Positions 30,288 through 40,574 of a stretch of 64,000 nt of DNA are shown in pieces; position 1 is the stretch's first letter; the number at the start of each line of letters is the position of its first letter. The DNA comes from an uncultured Candidatus Saccharibacteria bacterium. GTDB lineage: Bacteria; Patescibacteriota; Doudnabacteria; UBA920. A program made the translations under genes and the position numbers. The notes under the pieces are model-generated. The model worked only from the letters and a program-made list of their open reading frames with translations, had not been told where the DNA came from and did not search any database. The stretch lies in NCBI GenBank assembly GCA_964416765.1, contig CAYQEU010000001.1:212480-276479 (forward strand). Direction: 5' to 3'.

Positions 30288-31232
30288 ATGGCTTATCGCC
30301 ACGTGCCAGTTCTTTTAAATGAAGCTTTGGGCTATCTGGAACCGCAGCCGGGCCAGAATTTCGTTGACGCCACGCTTGGCGGCGGGGGATATACCAGAGC
30401 AATTTTGGAAAAAGTTTTTCCCGCCGGAAAAGTCTTAGCGATTGACCTCGACCCGGACGCGCGAGAAAACTTTGCGAATACAATCTCTGGAAAAAAATAC
30501 GCCAAGAATGTAGTGGTGGCGCCGGGAAATTTCCGCGACATCGACCACATTTTGCGCAACCACAAGTTCCATGACATATCCGGGATTGTGGCCGACCTGG
30601 GCCTGAGCTCCCATTTAATAGATGAAGCCGGCCGGGGAATTTCCTTCCAAAAAGATGAGCCATTAGACATGCGGTTTGACCCGTCAGGACCAACTGACGC
30701 GAAGTTTATTTTGAATAACTCTTCGCTTGACGAGCTAACCCGTATTTTTAAGGAATATGGCGAAGACCCCGCGGCACGCGGCATCGCGAAAGCGATTGTG
30801 GTGGGGCGGGAAGAAAAGCGTTTGGCAAGCGCGCAGGATTTGGTGGAGGCGATCACGCGAGGGTTGCCCAAGCCAAGAAAGCATTTATGGCAGCAGTCGG
30901 CACGCCGGATTTTCCAGGCGGTTCGCATGGCTGTAAACCATGAGCTGGAAAGTTTGGAAAGTTTTTTGCCCAAGGCGTTTGATTTGCTCAATCCCGGCGG
31001 CAAAATGGTCATTGTTTCTTTCCACTCGCTGGAAGACAGGGTAGTCAAACAGTTTTTCGCCGGGTTGGCCAAAGGCTGTATCTGCCCCCCGGATTTTCCC
31101 TACTGCCAATGCGGCAGGAATCCGAGAGGAAAGATTTTGACGAAAAAACCCGTCACCGCCAGCGAGAAAGAACAGCAAGATAATTCACGAAGCATACCCG
31201 CCAAATTAAGGGCAATACAAAAAATCAATTAG
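30288..31232 (+). CDS. rsmH: 16S rRNA m4C1402 methyltransferase
   Basis: HVPVLL.E, DATLGGGG, DLGLSS, PLDMR, FQAVR..VN.EL, SFHSLEDR. Confidence 0.97.
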   Translation: MAYRHVPVLLNEALGYLEPQPGQNFVDATLGGGGYTRAILEKVFPAGKVLAIDLDPDARENFANTISGKKYAKNVVVAPGNFRDIDHILRNHKFHDISGIVADLGLSSHLIDEAGRGISFQKDEPLDMRFDPSGPTDAKFILNNSSLDELTRIFKEYGEDPAARGIAKAIVVGREEKRLASAQDLVEAITRGLPKPRKHLWQQSARRIFQAVRMAVNHELESLESFLPKAFDLLNPGGKMVIVSFHSLEDRVVKQFFAGLAKGCICPPDFPYCQCGRNPRGKILTKKPVTASEKEQQDNSRSIPAKLRAIQKIN

Positions 31233-31257
31233 TAAATCGAAATAAAAACAAACAAAA

Positions 31258-31722
31258 ATGTTCAAATCCTTCGAAAAGTCCCGGGCAATGGGCCCGGCCA
31301 TCTCTGTTCGCTTTAATAACGGTTCCCGCACATATTCCCGTCCTTCTTACGTCAAAACCAGCCGCTCTTCGGGCCGTAACGCCCGCCACAGATGGCTATC
31401 TTCCCTAAAAGCATTGGCAACCCCAGCCGGCGACTTCAAACAGTACGCGGTTTATGGGTTAATGGGATTGCTTGGTGTCTTGGTGATTTCGCATGTTTTG
31501 CTGATCAATGGCGCTTCCGCCAACGGTTACGAAATGCGCAAAATCCAGAACGCCATTGCCCAGCAAACTGAAATCGAACAAAATTTAGAACTTAAAACAG
31601 CGCAAATGGCTTCCCTTAATTCGGTTGACCAGGCCGCCGCCATGAACAGACTAGTAACGGTCACAAACCAGGAATTCCTCGCTCCAGCCACACTCACGGC
31701 CTACCGCACTGCTTCGAAATAA
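31258..31722 (+). CDS. FtsL-like cell division protein
   Basis: Basic N-terminus, TM, coiled coil; lies between rsmH and ftsI. Confidence 0.6.
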   Translation: MFKSFEKSRAMGPAISVRFNNGSRTYSRPSYVKTSRSSGRNARHRWLSSLKALATPAGDFKQYAVYGLMGLLGVLVISHVLLINGASANGYEMRKIQNAIAQQTEIEQNLELKTAQMASLNSVDQAAAMNRLVTVTNQEFLAPATLTAYRTASK

Positions 31723-31730
31723 AATTTACC

Positions 31731-33488
31731 ATGGTTAAAAAAGCCCTCAGAAAGCCCACCAACCAACCAGACACAACCCAGAAAAGAATGGTCACTTTGA
31801 CTGTTCTTTTGTTTTTAGCATTTTTGGTAATTGTCGGGCGTCTGTTCCAGCTTCAAGTGGTGTCCGGCAGTGATTACCGCAGCCTGGCCCAGGACCAGTA
31901 TACCCTGGTAAAGAAACTTACTCCGGTGCGCGGAGAAATAAAAATCATGGACCACTTCTCGGGACAGCCTTATACGGTAGCCACATCATTGGATAAGGAC
32001 CTCGCTTACGCGGTACCGGAATCAATCACCGACCAGCAGGCTTTTGCTAAAACCGTAAGTGAAATTTTAGGAATGACTGTTGACGACGTAATGTCGAAAA
32101 TATCCGACCGCAGTAAAAAATATGTGGTGTTAAGGCACGAACTCTCTGATGAGGAGGAAAGCAAATTAAAAGCGCTTAAGTTGACCGGGCTTAACTTTGA
32201 CCCGGAAACCGTGCGATTCTATCCAGAGAACGCCTTCCTGAGCCAGGTGCTGGGCTATGTCGGGTATGCTGACACTGAGAAAACAGGACGTTACGGCTTG
32301 GAACAATATTTTAATACTCAGTTGGCCGGTTCTCCTGGCTCCATTGACCAGGAGAAGGACGCCAGCGGCGTGTGGATTTTTGGCGGCAAGAGGGATGTGA
32401 CCCCCGCGCAGAACGGTCAAACCCTGGTGCTGACAATTGATAAAAACATCCAGTTCCAAACCGAGAGCATTTTGAAAGAGGCGGTAACCGAGCACGGAGC
32501 AGATAGCGGTTCCGTCATTGTAATGGACCCGAAAACCGGGGCCATTCTTGCCATGGCTACTTACCCTTCCTTTGACCCAAACCAGTATTCCAAAGCAAAA
32601 AGTCCCCAGGTTTACAGTAACCAGCCAACCGTGGGGAGCTATGAACCAGGATCCATCTTTAAGCCCATCACTATGGCCATGGCCGTTAATGAAGGTAAGG
32701 TGGGGCCGAATACTACTTACGTAGACACCGGGGAAATCAATGTAGATGGTTTCAAAATCCAAAACTCAGACCATAAAGCGCACGGCACTCAAACCATGAG
32801 CCAGGTCTTGGAAGAATCTCTGAACACCGGCGCGATTTTTGCCAAGGACCAGATTGGCAACAAATTATTCACCGACTATGTCCGCCGGTTCGGTTTTGGA
32901 AAGGATACCGGCATTGAACTTCCGGAAGCGGCGGGAAACTTGAGTGGTTTGAATACAAACGTGGAAGTTAACTTTGACACAGCTACTTTTGGCCAGGGGA
33001 TTAACGTTACCCCGATCCAACTGATGCAGGCCTACAGCGCTTTTGCTAACGGCGGCAAAATGATGAAGCCGTTTATTGTGGGTTCAACAATAGATTACAA
33101 AGGCAAGTCCACGGTTACGGTTCCTCAAGTCGTGGGCCAGCCAATTAGCTCGCAGACCGCGAGCGCCATATCCGCCATGCTGGTTAACGTAGTGGAACTT
33201 GGCCACGGCAAAAAAGCCGGCGTAAAAGGTTATTATGTCGGGGGCAAGACCGGGACAGCACAGGTACCGCGTGAAGACGGGAAAGGGTATGACCCCAATG
33301 ATAACATTGGTTCGTTTATTGGCTACGCGCCCATTGAGGACCCCAAGTTTATCGCCATCGTGCGGGTAAATCACCCGCGTGACGTGCAGTTCGCGGAAAG
33401 TTCCGCCGCCCCTGCTTTCGGCAAGATCGCGCAGTTCTTGCTGAATTACTTTAACGTCCAGCCCACGCGTCCCATAACCGGTAAATAA
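31731..33488 (+). CDS. ftsI: Class B penicillin-binding protein (FtsI-like)
   Basis: RGEI, R.YP, G..GLE, YEPGSIFK (SxxK), SLN, KTGT. Confidence 0.9.
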   Translation: MVKKALRKPTNQPDTTQKRMVTLTVLLFLAFLVIVGRLFQLQVVSGSDYRSLAQDQYTLVKKLTPVRGEIKIMDHFSGQPYTVATSLDKDLAYAVPESITDQQAFAKTVSEILGMTVDDVMSKISDRSKKYVVLRHELSDEEESKLKALKLTGLNFDPETVRFYPENAFLSQVLGYVGYADTEKTGRYGLEQYFNTQLAGSPGSIDQEKDASGVWIFGGKRDVTPAQNGQTLVLTIDKNIQFQTESILKEAVTEHGADSGSVIVMDPKTGAILAMATYPSFDPNQYSKAKSPQVYSNQPTVGSYEPGSIFKPITMAMAVNEGKVGPNTTYVDTGEINVDGFKIQNSDHKAHGTQTMSQVLEESLNTGAIFAKDQIGNKLFTDYVRRFGFGKDTGIELPEAAGNLSGLNTNVEVNFDTATFGQGINVTPIQLMQAYSAFANGGKMMKPFIVGSTIDYKGKSTVTVPQVVGQPISSQTASAISAMLVNVVELGHGKKAGVKGYYVGGKTGTAQVPREDGKGYDPNDNIGSFIGYAPIEDPKFIAIVRVNHPRDVQFAESSAAPAFGKIAQFLLNYFNVQPTRPITGK

Positions 33489-33497
33489 AAAAGCCAG

Positions 33498-33755
33498 CTA
33501 GTGCTGGCTTGGATCTTTGCAATTTTCGTGGTGGTGGTGGGGAAACTCTTTTTTCCCCCAGTGGACTTCGTTCCAGATGCGTTCATGAACGAAGTAAAGG
33601 AAGGTGCTGGCAACATTGGAGATACCGACGAACCCGATCGTGAGCTTAAAGTTGCCGGTAATTAGGTAGATAAGGGTGGCATCGGAAACCAGGATAATGC
33701 CGCGGTAGGTGAGGGCTTTGACAATCGAACGAGAATGGTTTTCTTGGAAGGCCAT
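33498..33755 (-). CDS. DUF2061-like small membrane protein
   Basis: RSIVKALTYR...YFVHERIWN..WG. Confidence 0.8.
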   Translation of the reverse strand: MAFQENHSRSIVKALTYRGIILVSDATLIYLITGNFKLTIGFVGISNVASTFLYFVHERIWNEVHWGKKEFPHHHHENCKDPSQH

Positions 33756-33832
33756 TAAGTTGTGATTTTACTTTATTTTCTTTTTTGCGGATAACCTTTA
33801 GATATTATATTCTACAAATAGAATACAGACAA

Positions 33833-36052
33833 ATGGAGAAATTATGGCGCACAATTAAAAAGGGTTTTCTGTATCTGGCCGGATTTGTAGCTTTCGGCTT
33901 TTTCGGCATTTTCGTCTTTCTCGCCATCATATCCACAGTAGTTATCTGGCATTACACCAGCGGATTGCCCAGCTATGACGCGGTGGTGAAAAGAAACGTG
34001 GTTGAATCGAGCAAGATCTATTCCCGTGACGGAACACTCCTCTATGAATTTCACGGCGAAGTAAAACGCACGCGCGTTGACCTCGGCCAAATTTCTCCCT
34101 ACCTCCAACAGGCCACAGTGGCCATTGAGGACAAGGATTTCTACAAACACGGGGCAGTTTCCATCACGGGCATTATCCGCGCGGCGCTGGTCAACTACCA
34201 GTCTGGTTCCGTCACTCAGGGGGGCAGTACCATTACCCAGCAGTATGTTAAAAATGCCTTGCTTAGTTCGGACCGTTCGTTTGGCCGCAAAATTTCCGAA
34301 GTCTTTTTGGCATATAAGATCGAATCACACTTGAGCAAAACCGAAATTTTAAACCTATACCTTAACGAGATCCCTTACGGACGCAACGCGTATGGAGCTG
34401 AAGCAGCCAGCGAAGCGTATTTCGACAAATCAGCTAAAGACCTGACTCTGGAGGAAAGCGCTTATCTGGCCGCGTTGCCGCAGGCGCCCAGTTTACTTAG
34501 TCCCACCGGTTCCAATCCCCAGTTGTTGGAAACCCGCAAGAACACCGTGCTAGAAATCATGAAAGAGCAGGGCTACATTAACGACCAGCAATTTGAGGAA
34601 GCTCGGGATGGGGAAGTGGCTTTCAAAGACCCGCACACCACGCTCATTGCCCCTTATTTTGTTTCTTACATCCAGAATTACCTGACCCAGAAATACGGCA
34701 ACCAGTTTTTGCGCGAAGGGGGATTGAAAGTATACACCACCTTGGACTTAAAACTTCAGGCTTTGGCGGAAAAGGCCGTGGCTGATGGCGTGGCTAGAAA
34801 CGAAAAAGAAAACAACGCGCACAATGCCGCGCTAGTTGCCATGGAGCCTGGCACAGGCAAGATTTTAGCCATGGTAGGCGGCAAGGACTATTGGGGCGCG
34901 CCCGTGCCCAAGGGGTGCAACCCCGGTACCACGGGAAGGAATAGCTGTACTTTTGAACCCCACGTAAACGCCGCGGCGTCGCAGCGACAGCCGGGATCCT
35001 CATTCAAACCTTACGTTTATGTTACTGCGTTCGGCCGGGAGTTTGCTTATAACCCCCAGTCTACCGTCGTGGACTCGCCAACCAGTTTTGGCAATTACAC
35101 GCCGCGCAATTATGACGGCGGCTACCATGGTACGGTAACCATGCGGCAGGCTCTAGCCGGCAGTTTGAACGTTCCTGCTGTTAAGGTCCTGGCTTTGGTC
35201 GGGGTTGATAAAGCCACGAACACCGCGCATGGCCTCGGCATTACCTCGCCGCTAAAGGATTGCGGGCTGACTTTGGTTTTGGGCGGCTGTGAGGTGCGCC
35301 TGGTGGACCATGTTGCCGGCTATGCTTCCATTGCCAATGGTGGCAAGGCAAATCCAGCCACGCCATTTTTGAAAATTATCGATAAGGACAACAAAGTTCT
35401 GGAAGAATACCAACCTCAGAACAAGCAGGTGGTAGATCCGGCGGCGGCCTATGAATTACTGAGCATCATGACTGATAATGACGCCAGGACATACATTTTC
35501 GGCAAGAACTCGCCGCTGTACTTCCCGGACCGGATTGTGGCCGCTAAAACCGGCACCACTAACGCCTGGAAAGACGGGTGGACCCTCATGTGCACCCCAC
35601 AATTATGTTCGGGGGTGTGGACGGGCAATGACAATGGTCAGCTGATGAGGCAGGGGGCTGACGGTGTCTTTACCGCCGCTCCCATAGCGCACCAGTTCAT
35701 GGAACAGGCGCTCCAGGGCGAGCTGTCCCAGCAATTCCCGGTTCCCTCGGATATTGTCCAAATTAACTACAATAAAAACACTAACCGACCCGCCGGTTCC
35801 AATGATAAGAACGTGAAAGTGATGTCGTTTGCGTATTATGCCTTGCCCAAGGATATCCAGCAGCTGGCCAGTCCCGGCAGTTCACAACTGAGGATTAAGC
35901 CCAAAGCTACCGTCCCGTCCGGGGGCGCGGGCAATACTAACAGCCCCACAAATACGAATGTCCCGCCGGCTAATACCTCGCCGCCAGGCAATACTCCGGC
36001 AGACTCGCCGGTCACCTCAATTTTTACCCCTTCCATCAAAAAAGAGAACTAA
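33833..36052 (+). CDS. Class A bifunctional penicillin-binding protein (PBP1A family)
   Basis: EDKDFYKH, GGSTITQQ, RK..E, YLNEIPYG, QPGSSFKP, SLN, KTGTT; P/T/N-rich tail. Confidence 0.93.
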   Translation: MEKLWRTIKKGFLYLAGFVAFGFFGIFVFLAIISTVVIWHYTSGLPSYDAVVKRNVVESSKIYSRDGTLLYEFHGEVKRTRVDLGQISPYLQQATVAIEDKDFYKHGAVSITGIIRAALVNYQSGSVTQGGSTITQQYVKNALLSSDRSFGRKISEVFLAYKIESHLSKTEILNLYLNEIPYGRNAYGAEAASEAYFDKSAKDLTLEESAYLAALPQAPSLLSPTGSNPQLLETRKNTVLEIMKEQGYINDQQFEEARDGEVAFKDPHTTLIAPYFVSYIQNYLTQKYGNQFLREGGLKVYTTLDLKLQALAEKAVADGVARNEKENNAHNAALVAMEPGTGKILAMVGGKDYWGAPVPKGCNPGTTGRNSCTFEPHVNAAASQRQPGSSFKPYVYVTAFGREFAYNPQSTVVDSPTSFGNYTPRNYDGGYHGTVTMRQALAGSLNVPAVKVLALVGVDKATNTAHGLGITSPLKDCGLTLVLGGCEVRLVDHVAGYASIANGGKANPATPFLKIIDKDNKVLEEYQPQNKQVVDPAAAYELLSIMTDNDARTYIFGKNSPLYFPDRIVAAKTGTTNAWKDGWTLMCTPQLCSGVWTGNDNGQLMRQGADGVFTAAPIAHQFMEQALQGELSQQFPVPSDIVQINYNKNTNRPAGSNDKNVKVMSFAYYALPKDIQQLASPGSSQLRIKPKATVPSGGAGNTNSPTNTNVPPANTSPPGNTPADSPVTSIFTPSIKKEN

Positions 36053-36053
36053 T

Positions 36054-36605
36054 TTAGTTCTCTTTTTGGTATTCGGGTTTTACGTCAGCCTTGAAATCTT
36101 TGTATAGCTTGGTAATTTTGGGATCGATTACCAGGCGGCAATATCCAGCGGTCCGGTTCCGTTCATAATAGTCCTTGTGTTCCGGCTCCGCGGGATAGAA
36201 ATTTTCATATGGAGTTATTTCGGTGACTATTGGGTCCGGGTATTTGCCGCTTTCCGCGAGCTCCGCTTTGGACTGTTCCGCTACCTGTTGTTGTTCCGGA
36301 CTGTGATAAAAGATAGCCGAACGGTACTGGGTCCCTTCGTCATAACCCTGCCGGTTCAGCGTGGTGGGGTCATGGGTGGCCCAAAATACTTCCAGTAACT
36401 TTTTGTATGAAATCACGCCGGGGTCAAACTCAATTTGCAGGCACTCTGCGTGGCCGCTGGCACCAGAGCTGACTTGGAAATAGCTTGGAGAGGGGATAGT
36501 GCCTCCGGAGTATCCGGGCGTGACTTTGCTGACTCCATTAAGGCGGCGGAACACTGCTTCGGTGCACCAAAAACAGCCGTTGGCTAAAGTCGCGGTTTCT
36601 GTCAT
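36054..36605 (-). CDS. msrA: Peptide methionine sulfoxide reductase A
   Basis: GCFWC, GYSGG, HDPT.LNRQG, QYRSAI, AEPEH..YY. Confidence 0.96.
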   Translation of the reverse strand: MTETATLANGCFWCTEAVFRRLNGVSKVTPGYSGGTIPSPSYFQVSSGASGHAECLQIEFDPGVISYKKLLEVFWATHDPTTLNRQGYDEGTQYRSAIFYHSPEQQQVAEQSKAELAESGKYPDPIVTEITPYENFYPAEPEHKDYYERNRTAGYCRLVIDPKITKLYKDFKADVKPEYQKEN

Positions 36606-37015
36606 TCCGTTGCCTCGTTTTTTTTCATAACCAGGCAGGAGCCATTAATGCAGAAATGCTGGCCGGTTTGCGTTTCCTGGTCATCATCAAACAAATGGCC
36701 GAGGTGGCTGCTACACTGGGCGCAGCGGACCTCAGTCCGGTGCATGCCCATGCTGTCATCCGGTATCATTTCGACGCTCCCCGGGATGGCTTGGTCAAAG
36801 CTGGGCCATCCGACCAAGCCGGGAATAGAAGTATCGAACTTCGCATCTGATTTAAACAGTACATTGCCGCAAACCGCGCACGCAAACATCCCTTTTTCCG
36901 TGTTGTTGAGGATTTCACTGCTGAACGGTGCTTCGGTACCGCCCTCCCGCAATATTTTATACTGTTCGGGGGTGAGCTTGTTTTTTAATTCATCTTCATC
37001 AATTTGTATTTTCAT
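36602..37015 (-). CDS. msrB: Peptide methionine sulfoxide reductase B
   Basis: GTEAPF, C..C, GWPSF, RTEVRC..C..HLGH.F, CING. Confidence 0.95.
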   Translation of the reverse strand: MKIQIDEDELKNKLTPEQYKILREGGTEAPFSSEILNNTEKGMFACAVCGNVLFKSDAKFDTSIPGLVGWPSFDQAIPGSVEMIPDDSMGMHRTEVRCAQCSSHLGHLFDDDQETQTGQHFCINGSCLVMKKNEATE

Positions 37016-37071
37016 AAAGCCCTTTCTTTAATGGTTTAATTGTGGAATACTAAGAGGCTCCCGTCAAGGAC

Positions 37072-37114
37072 TTGACAAAACTAGTTAGATGGCTAATAAT
37101 TAGGTAACTAACTA
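37072..37114 (+). promoter_or_regulatory. MarR-gene promoter with inverted-repeat operator
   Basis: TTGACA-17-AATAAT; TAGTTAG (37082) / CTAACTA (37108) inverted repeat spans the -10 box. Confidence 0.65.
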
Positions 37115-37124
37115 ATTTATCCTC

Positions 37125-37565
37125 ATGAGCGGGGCGAACTATACGGATAACGAAAATTTAAGGAAGTTGCTGTTCCATTTGTCGAAAAAGTGCAAACTAG
37201 ACATGGAACGCCGCTTTCTGAGCGCAAAAATCGGGATCACCCCTTTCCAGTATGCCGCTTTGGTAGTACTGAATAAACAACCGACTACATTAAATGAGTT
37301 GGCTCGCGCCTTGCTCATCCAGCCGCCTTCCTTGGTTCCCGCCGTCGAGCACCTGGCCCAAGCCGGCTTGATTGAAAAATCAGCCGACATAAGCGACCGC
37401 CGCAAAATCCAATTGACCGTTACTCCGGAAGGCAAGGAATTACTAAAGAAGAAACTCTTTGAGGGGTCGGGCGATAAGTTAAACAGCGCTTTCCACGCTC
37501 TGGAAAAAACCAAACAGAAACAGCTCGTTAACCTATTAGAAGAATTAAACGATAACTTGAACTAA
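37125..37565 (+). CDS. MarR-family transcriptional regulator
   Basis: GITPFQY..L, ELA, L...GLI, DRRK..L.VT..GK. Confidence 0.9.
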   Translation: MSGANYTDNENLRKLLFHLSKKCKLDMERRFLSAKIGITPFQYAALVVLNKQPTTLNELARALLIQPPSLVPAVEHLAQAGLIEKSADISDRRKIQLTVTPEGKELLKKKLFEGSGDKLNSAFHALEKTKQKQLVNLLEELNDNLN

Positions 37566-37569
37566 CTAT

Positions 37570-40011
37570 ATGACACCAGAAGTTACTCCAATGGAAAACC
37601 CCAACTCTGCCGCGACTGAGCACATACCTCACGACCAGCAAACCGGATTCCGCAAATGGCTGCCGTTGGTAGTCTTGGCTTTGGCCCTGGCTATCATAAT
37701 CATTGATACCACTATTTTAAACGTATCACTGCGCACTATTATTAATGACCTCCATACTAATATTAAGAGCATTCAGTGGGTCATTACCGCGTACGCGTTG
37801 ATGCTAGCCGCGTTTACCATTACTGGCGGACGCTTGGGCGACCTGTTCGGCCGCAAAAAGACTTTCATGATCGGTGCTGTGGTTTTTGCCATCGGGTCTT
37901 TGCTTACTGCAATAGCCCACAGCGTCGGAACCATTATTGTTGGTAACGCCATCATTGAAGGGATCGGCGCCTGTTTGATGATGCCTGCGACAGCTTCTTT
38001 GCTGCTCGCCAATTACCGGGGGCGTGACCGCGCCATTGCCTTTGGCGTATGGGGCGGCATTGCCGCTGCTTCCGCCGCTTTGGGTCCGATCGCCGGAGGC
38101 TGGCTTACCGACAACTTTTCCTGGCGCTGGGCTTTCCTTATCAACATTGGCGTCGCCGCCATTTTGATTCTCGGTGCAACTATTATTCGCGAATCCCGCG
38201 ACCAAAAGGAAAAACCGGAACTGGACATTACTGGCATTATCCTGTCGTCTTTGGGGCTGCTAACCCTGGTGTATGGCTTTATTGAAGCTTCAACTTATGG
38301 CTGGCTGCATGCCAAGGAACAGTTGGTATTATTCCACCATACCTTAAACCTGGGGAATTTTTCCGTCACCCCGATATTTGTAGCTTTGGGTTTGGTGATT
38401 CTCGGCCTGTTTGCCCTTTGGGAAAAGCGCGTCATGAGCCGGGGACACACGCCTTTAGTTTCGTTGAACTTGTTTAAAAACCGCCAGTTCCTGGTTGGAT
38501 CCCTTATAACCTCAATTATGACCATCGGGATGGCTGGATTAACTTTTTCCATTCCCGTGTTCCTGCAGGGCGTGCGCAACCTAAGCCCGTTTGATACCGG
38601 GCTGGCCATGCTTCCGATGCCGTTGGCCATTTTCGTTTCCGCACCACTGTCTTCTTTCCTGGTTAAGTTCCTGAAGCCAAAACGGATGGTTCAGGCAGCT
38701 TTGATCATTGCCAGCACCGGTTTCCTTATCCTTCACTATAGTCTGAAGGTGGACGCTACCGTGTGGTCATTGGCACCGGGATTTGCCATCTTCGGGTTTG
38801 GCATGGGGTTCATGTTCGCCCAGCTTTCCAACCTGACTTTGTCCGCGGTTGACGTGCACGAAGCGGGAGAAGCTTCTGGTGTAAACAATACTTTCCGCCA
38901 ATTGGGCCAGAGTTTGGGTTCAGCAATTTTAGGCGCAATTTTGATTTCTTCCCTGGGCACCAATTTAGTTTCAGGTGTTAACAACAGCTCGGTCATTCCT
39001 GAGCCGGCCAAAGTGGCCATTGCGGAGAACATGCGCCGCCAGTCCGACAGTATTGAATTTGGGGGACAAAACGCAAGTGCCGCCAACGCCCCCGAATTTA
39101 TCGTCAATGAAATTACTAACGTGGTCCACCAGGCCACCACTGATGCCAGCCGTGAGGTAACTATTTATGGCGTCGCGTTCTTGTTGTTGGCTTTTATAAT
39201 TTCATTCGGGTTAGAAAATGGCCCTGCCGGAGGACATAACCCTGAAAAAGCTGATGATAGCCCGGAGGCCGAAGCCGTAGTCGCTACTGAAGGGTCGGGA
39301 TCCGAAGAAACAGAACCGGAAGAAGTGGATAACCAGCCTGAGCCAATTACCGCCCAGCGGGGCGTTTCCGCCGGAAAAGCAGGAGCATTGGTTCTCGCCG
39401 GGGTTGTTGTTGCCGGTGCTGCCGCGGGAACAGCAGGATATTATTATGGTAAGAACAAAGGTGTCGCGCCTATTGTGGTACAGCAAAACATTCAGCAGCC
39501 GCAAGTTGCGGGCACTGCGGAGTGGACGCCATTGTTCAACCCGACCGTTCCGCCAACTTCGGTGGACGGGGGATATGCATCAACTGCAAATAATGCCACG
39601 AATTCTTCCAGTGACCAGAGGGTCGCCGGTGCCACCACGGAAACCCCGGTGGCTGCCGTTACCTACACGGACGCGAATGTTAGATTTACCATGAACATGC
39701 CCGCTGATTGGAAAACCGTTTCCAAGAGCAGTGAAGTTACTATAAACACTCCCGACCATCACGCTTACAGCATCCAATCCTATTCCACCGGGAGCGGCCA
39801 GGATGACCAGGCGGGACTACAGGCTTTCCTTAACCGCCAGTCTAACTTAAAGAATATCGAACCCACCACCTTTAATGGCTACAAGGGTTACAGCTTCGAT
39901 GTAGCGGGGTATTATAAAAAAGGTTATGCCATTTTATCCGGCGGCCGGTTGTACTATATATTAGGCACAGTTTTAACTGATCCCGAATTAGCAAGCTTTA
40001 AAACGATGTAA
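37570..40011 (+). CDS. DHA2 (EmrB/QacA-like) MFS transporter with an extra C-terminal TM and soluble domain
   Basis: DTTILNVSL, QWV..AY.L, GGRLGDLFGRK, GPIAGG, WRWAFLIN; about 260 extra residues after the MFS core. Confidence 0.88.
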   Translation: MTPEVTPMENPNSAATEHIPHDQQTGFRKWLPLVVLALALAIIIIDTTILNVSLRTIINDLHTNIKSIQWVITAYALMLAAFTITGGRLGDLFGRKKTFMIGAVVFAIGSLLTAIAHSVGTIIVGNAIIEGIGACLMMPATASLLLANYRGRDRAIAFGVWGGIAAASAALGPIAGGWLTDNFSWRWAFLINIGVAAILILGATIIRESRDQKEKPELDITGIILSSLGLLTLVYGFIEASTYGWLHAKEQLVLFHHTLNLGNFSVTPIFVALGLVILGLFALWEKRVMSRGHTPLVSLNLFKNRQFLVGSLITSIMTIGMAGLTFSIPVFLQGVRNLSPFDTGLAMLPMPLAIFVSAPLSSFLVKFLKPKRMVQAALIIASTGFLILHYSLKVDATVWSLAPGFAIFGFGMGFMFAQLSNLTLSAVDVHEAGEASGVNNTFRQLGQSLGSAILGAILISSLGTNLVSGVNNSSVIPEPAKVAIAENMRRQSDSIEFGGQNASAANAPEFIVNEITNVVHQATTDASREVTIYGVAFLLLAFIISFGLENGPAGGHNPEKADDSPEAEAVVATEGSGSEETEPEEVDNQPEPITAQRGVSAGKAGALVLAGVVVAGAAAGTAGYYYGKNKGVAPIVVQQNIQQPQVAGTAEWTPLFNPTVPPTSVDGGYASTANNATNSSSDQRVAGATTETPVAAVTYTDANVRFTMNMPADWKTVSKSSEVTINTPDHHAYSIQSYSTGSGQDDQAGLQAFLNRQSNLKNIEPTTFNGYKGYSFDVAGYYKKGYAILSGGRLYYILGTVLTDPELASFKTM

Positions 40012-40035
40012 AAAAACGCCCCTAAGGGCGTTTTT
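40012..40035. terminator. Bidirectional terminator between convergent genes
   Basis: AAAAACGCCC-CTAA-GGGCGTTTTT. Confidence 0.85.
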
Positions 40036-40573
40036 ATTTTTTCAGGTATTTTAGCAGTACTAAAGCGCTTCGTTCTTCGCTCATGCTGCCGTCAAGACAC
40101 ATTTGTTCAGCTTGTTCCCGGGATACCCATTCCATGGCAATGTCTTCACCTTCTTCGAGGTTTTGCGCTTGCTGTTCAGAGTTATTAACCACAAAATAGA
40201 ACAAGTCCCACACTACGGTGGCGCCGCAAACAGATTTGTGGAAGAAAGACAGGTCAGTAATTTTCAGGCCCGCTTCCTCCGAGGCTTCCTTAATAGCGGC
40301 AGCTTTGGCGGCTTGAGCGATGTCTACTCCGCCGGCCAGCGCGGCGTTGTATTCTTCCAACGAATCATAAACTTTTCCGCCGGGTAGACGGTAATCGTAT
40401 GTTTGCAGTTCGTGACGGAATTCTTTTGACAGCAAAACCCCATCATCTTTGGGAATGATCAGCCGCACGCCCGGCGACCGGCGCGCGTATTCAAACGTTT
40501 TGGATTTACCGCCGAGGTCGACTTCCTGCTCGACTACTTCGATAATGCGACCCTGATATGTGATTTTTTCCAT
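40034..40573 (-). CDS. NUDIX hydrolase (ADP-ribose pyrophosphatase-like)
   Basis: LPGG...AA.KEA.EEAG Nudix box with an insertion; EEGEDI. Confidence 0.85.
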   Translation of the reverse strand: MEKITYQGRIIEVVEQEVDLGGKSKTFEYARRSPGVRLIIPKDDGVLLSKEFRHELQTYDYRLPGGKVYDSLEEYNAALAGGVDIAQAAKAAAIKEASEEAGLKITDLSFFHKSVCGATVVWDLFYFVVNNSEQQAQNLEEGEDIAMEWVSREQAEQMCLDGSMSEERSALVLLKYLKK

Positions 40574-40574
40574 A

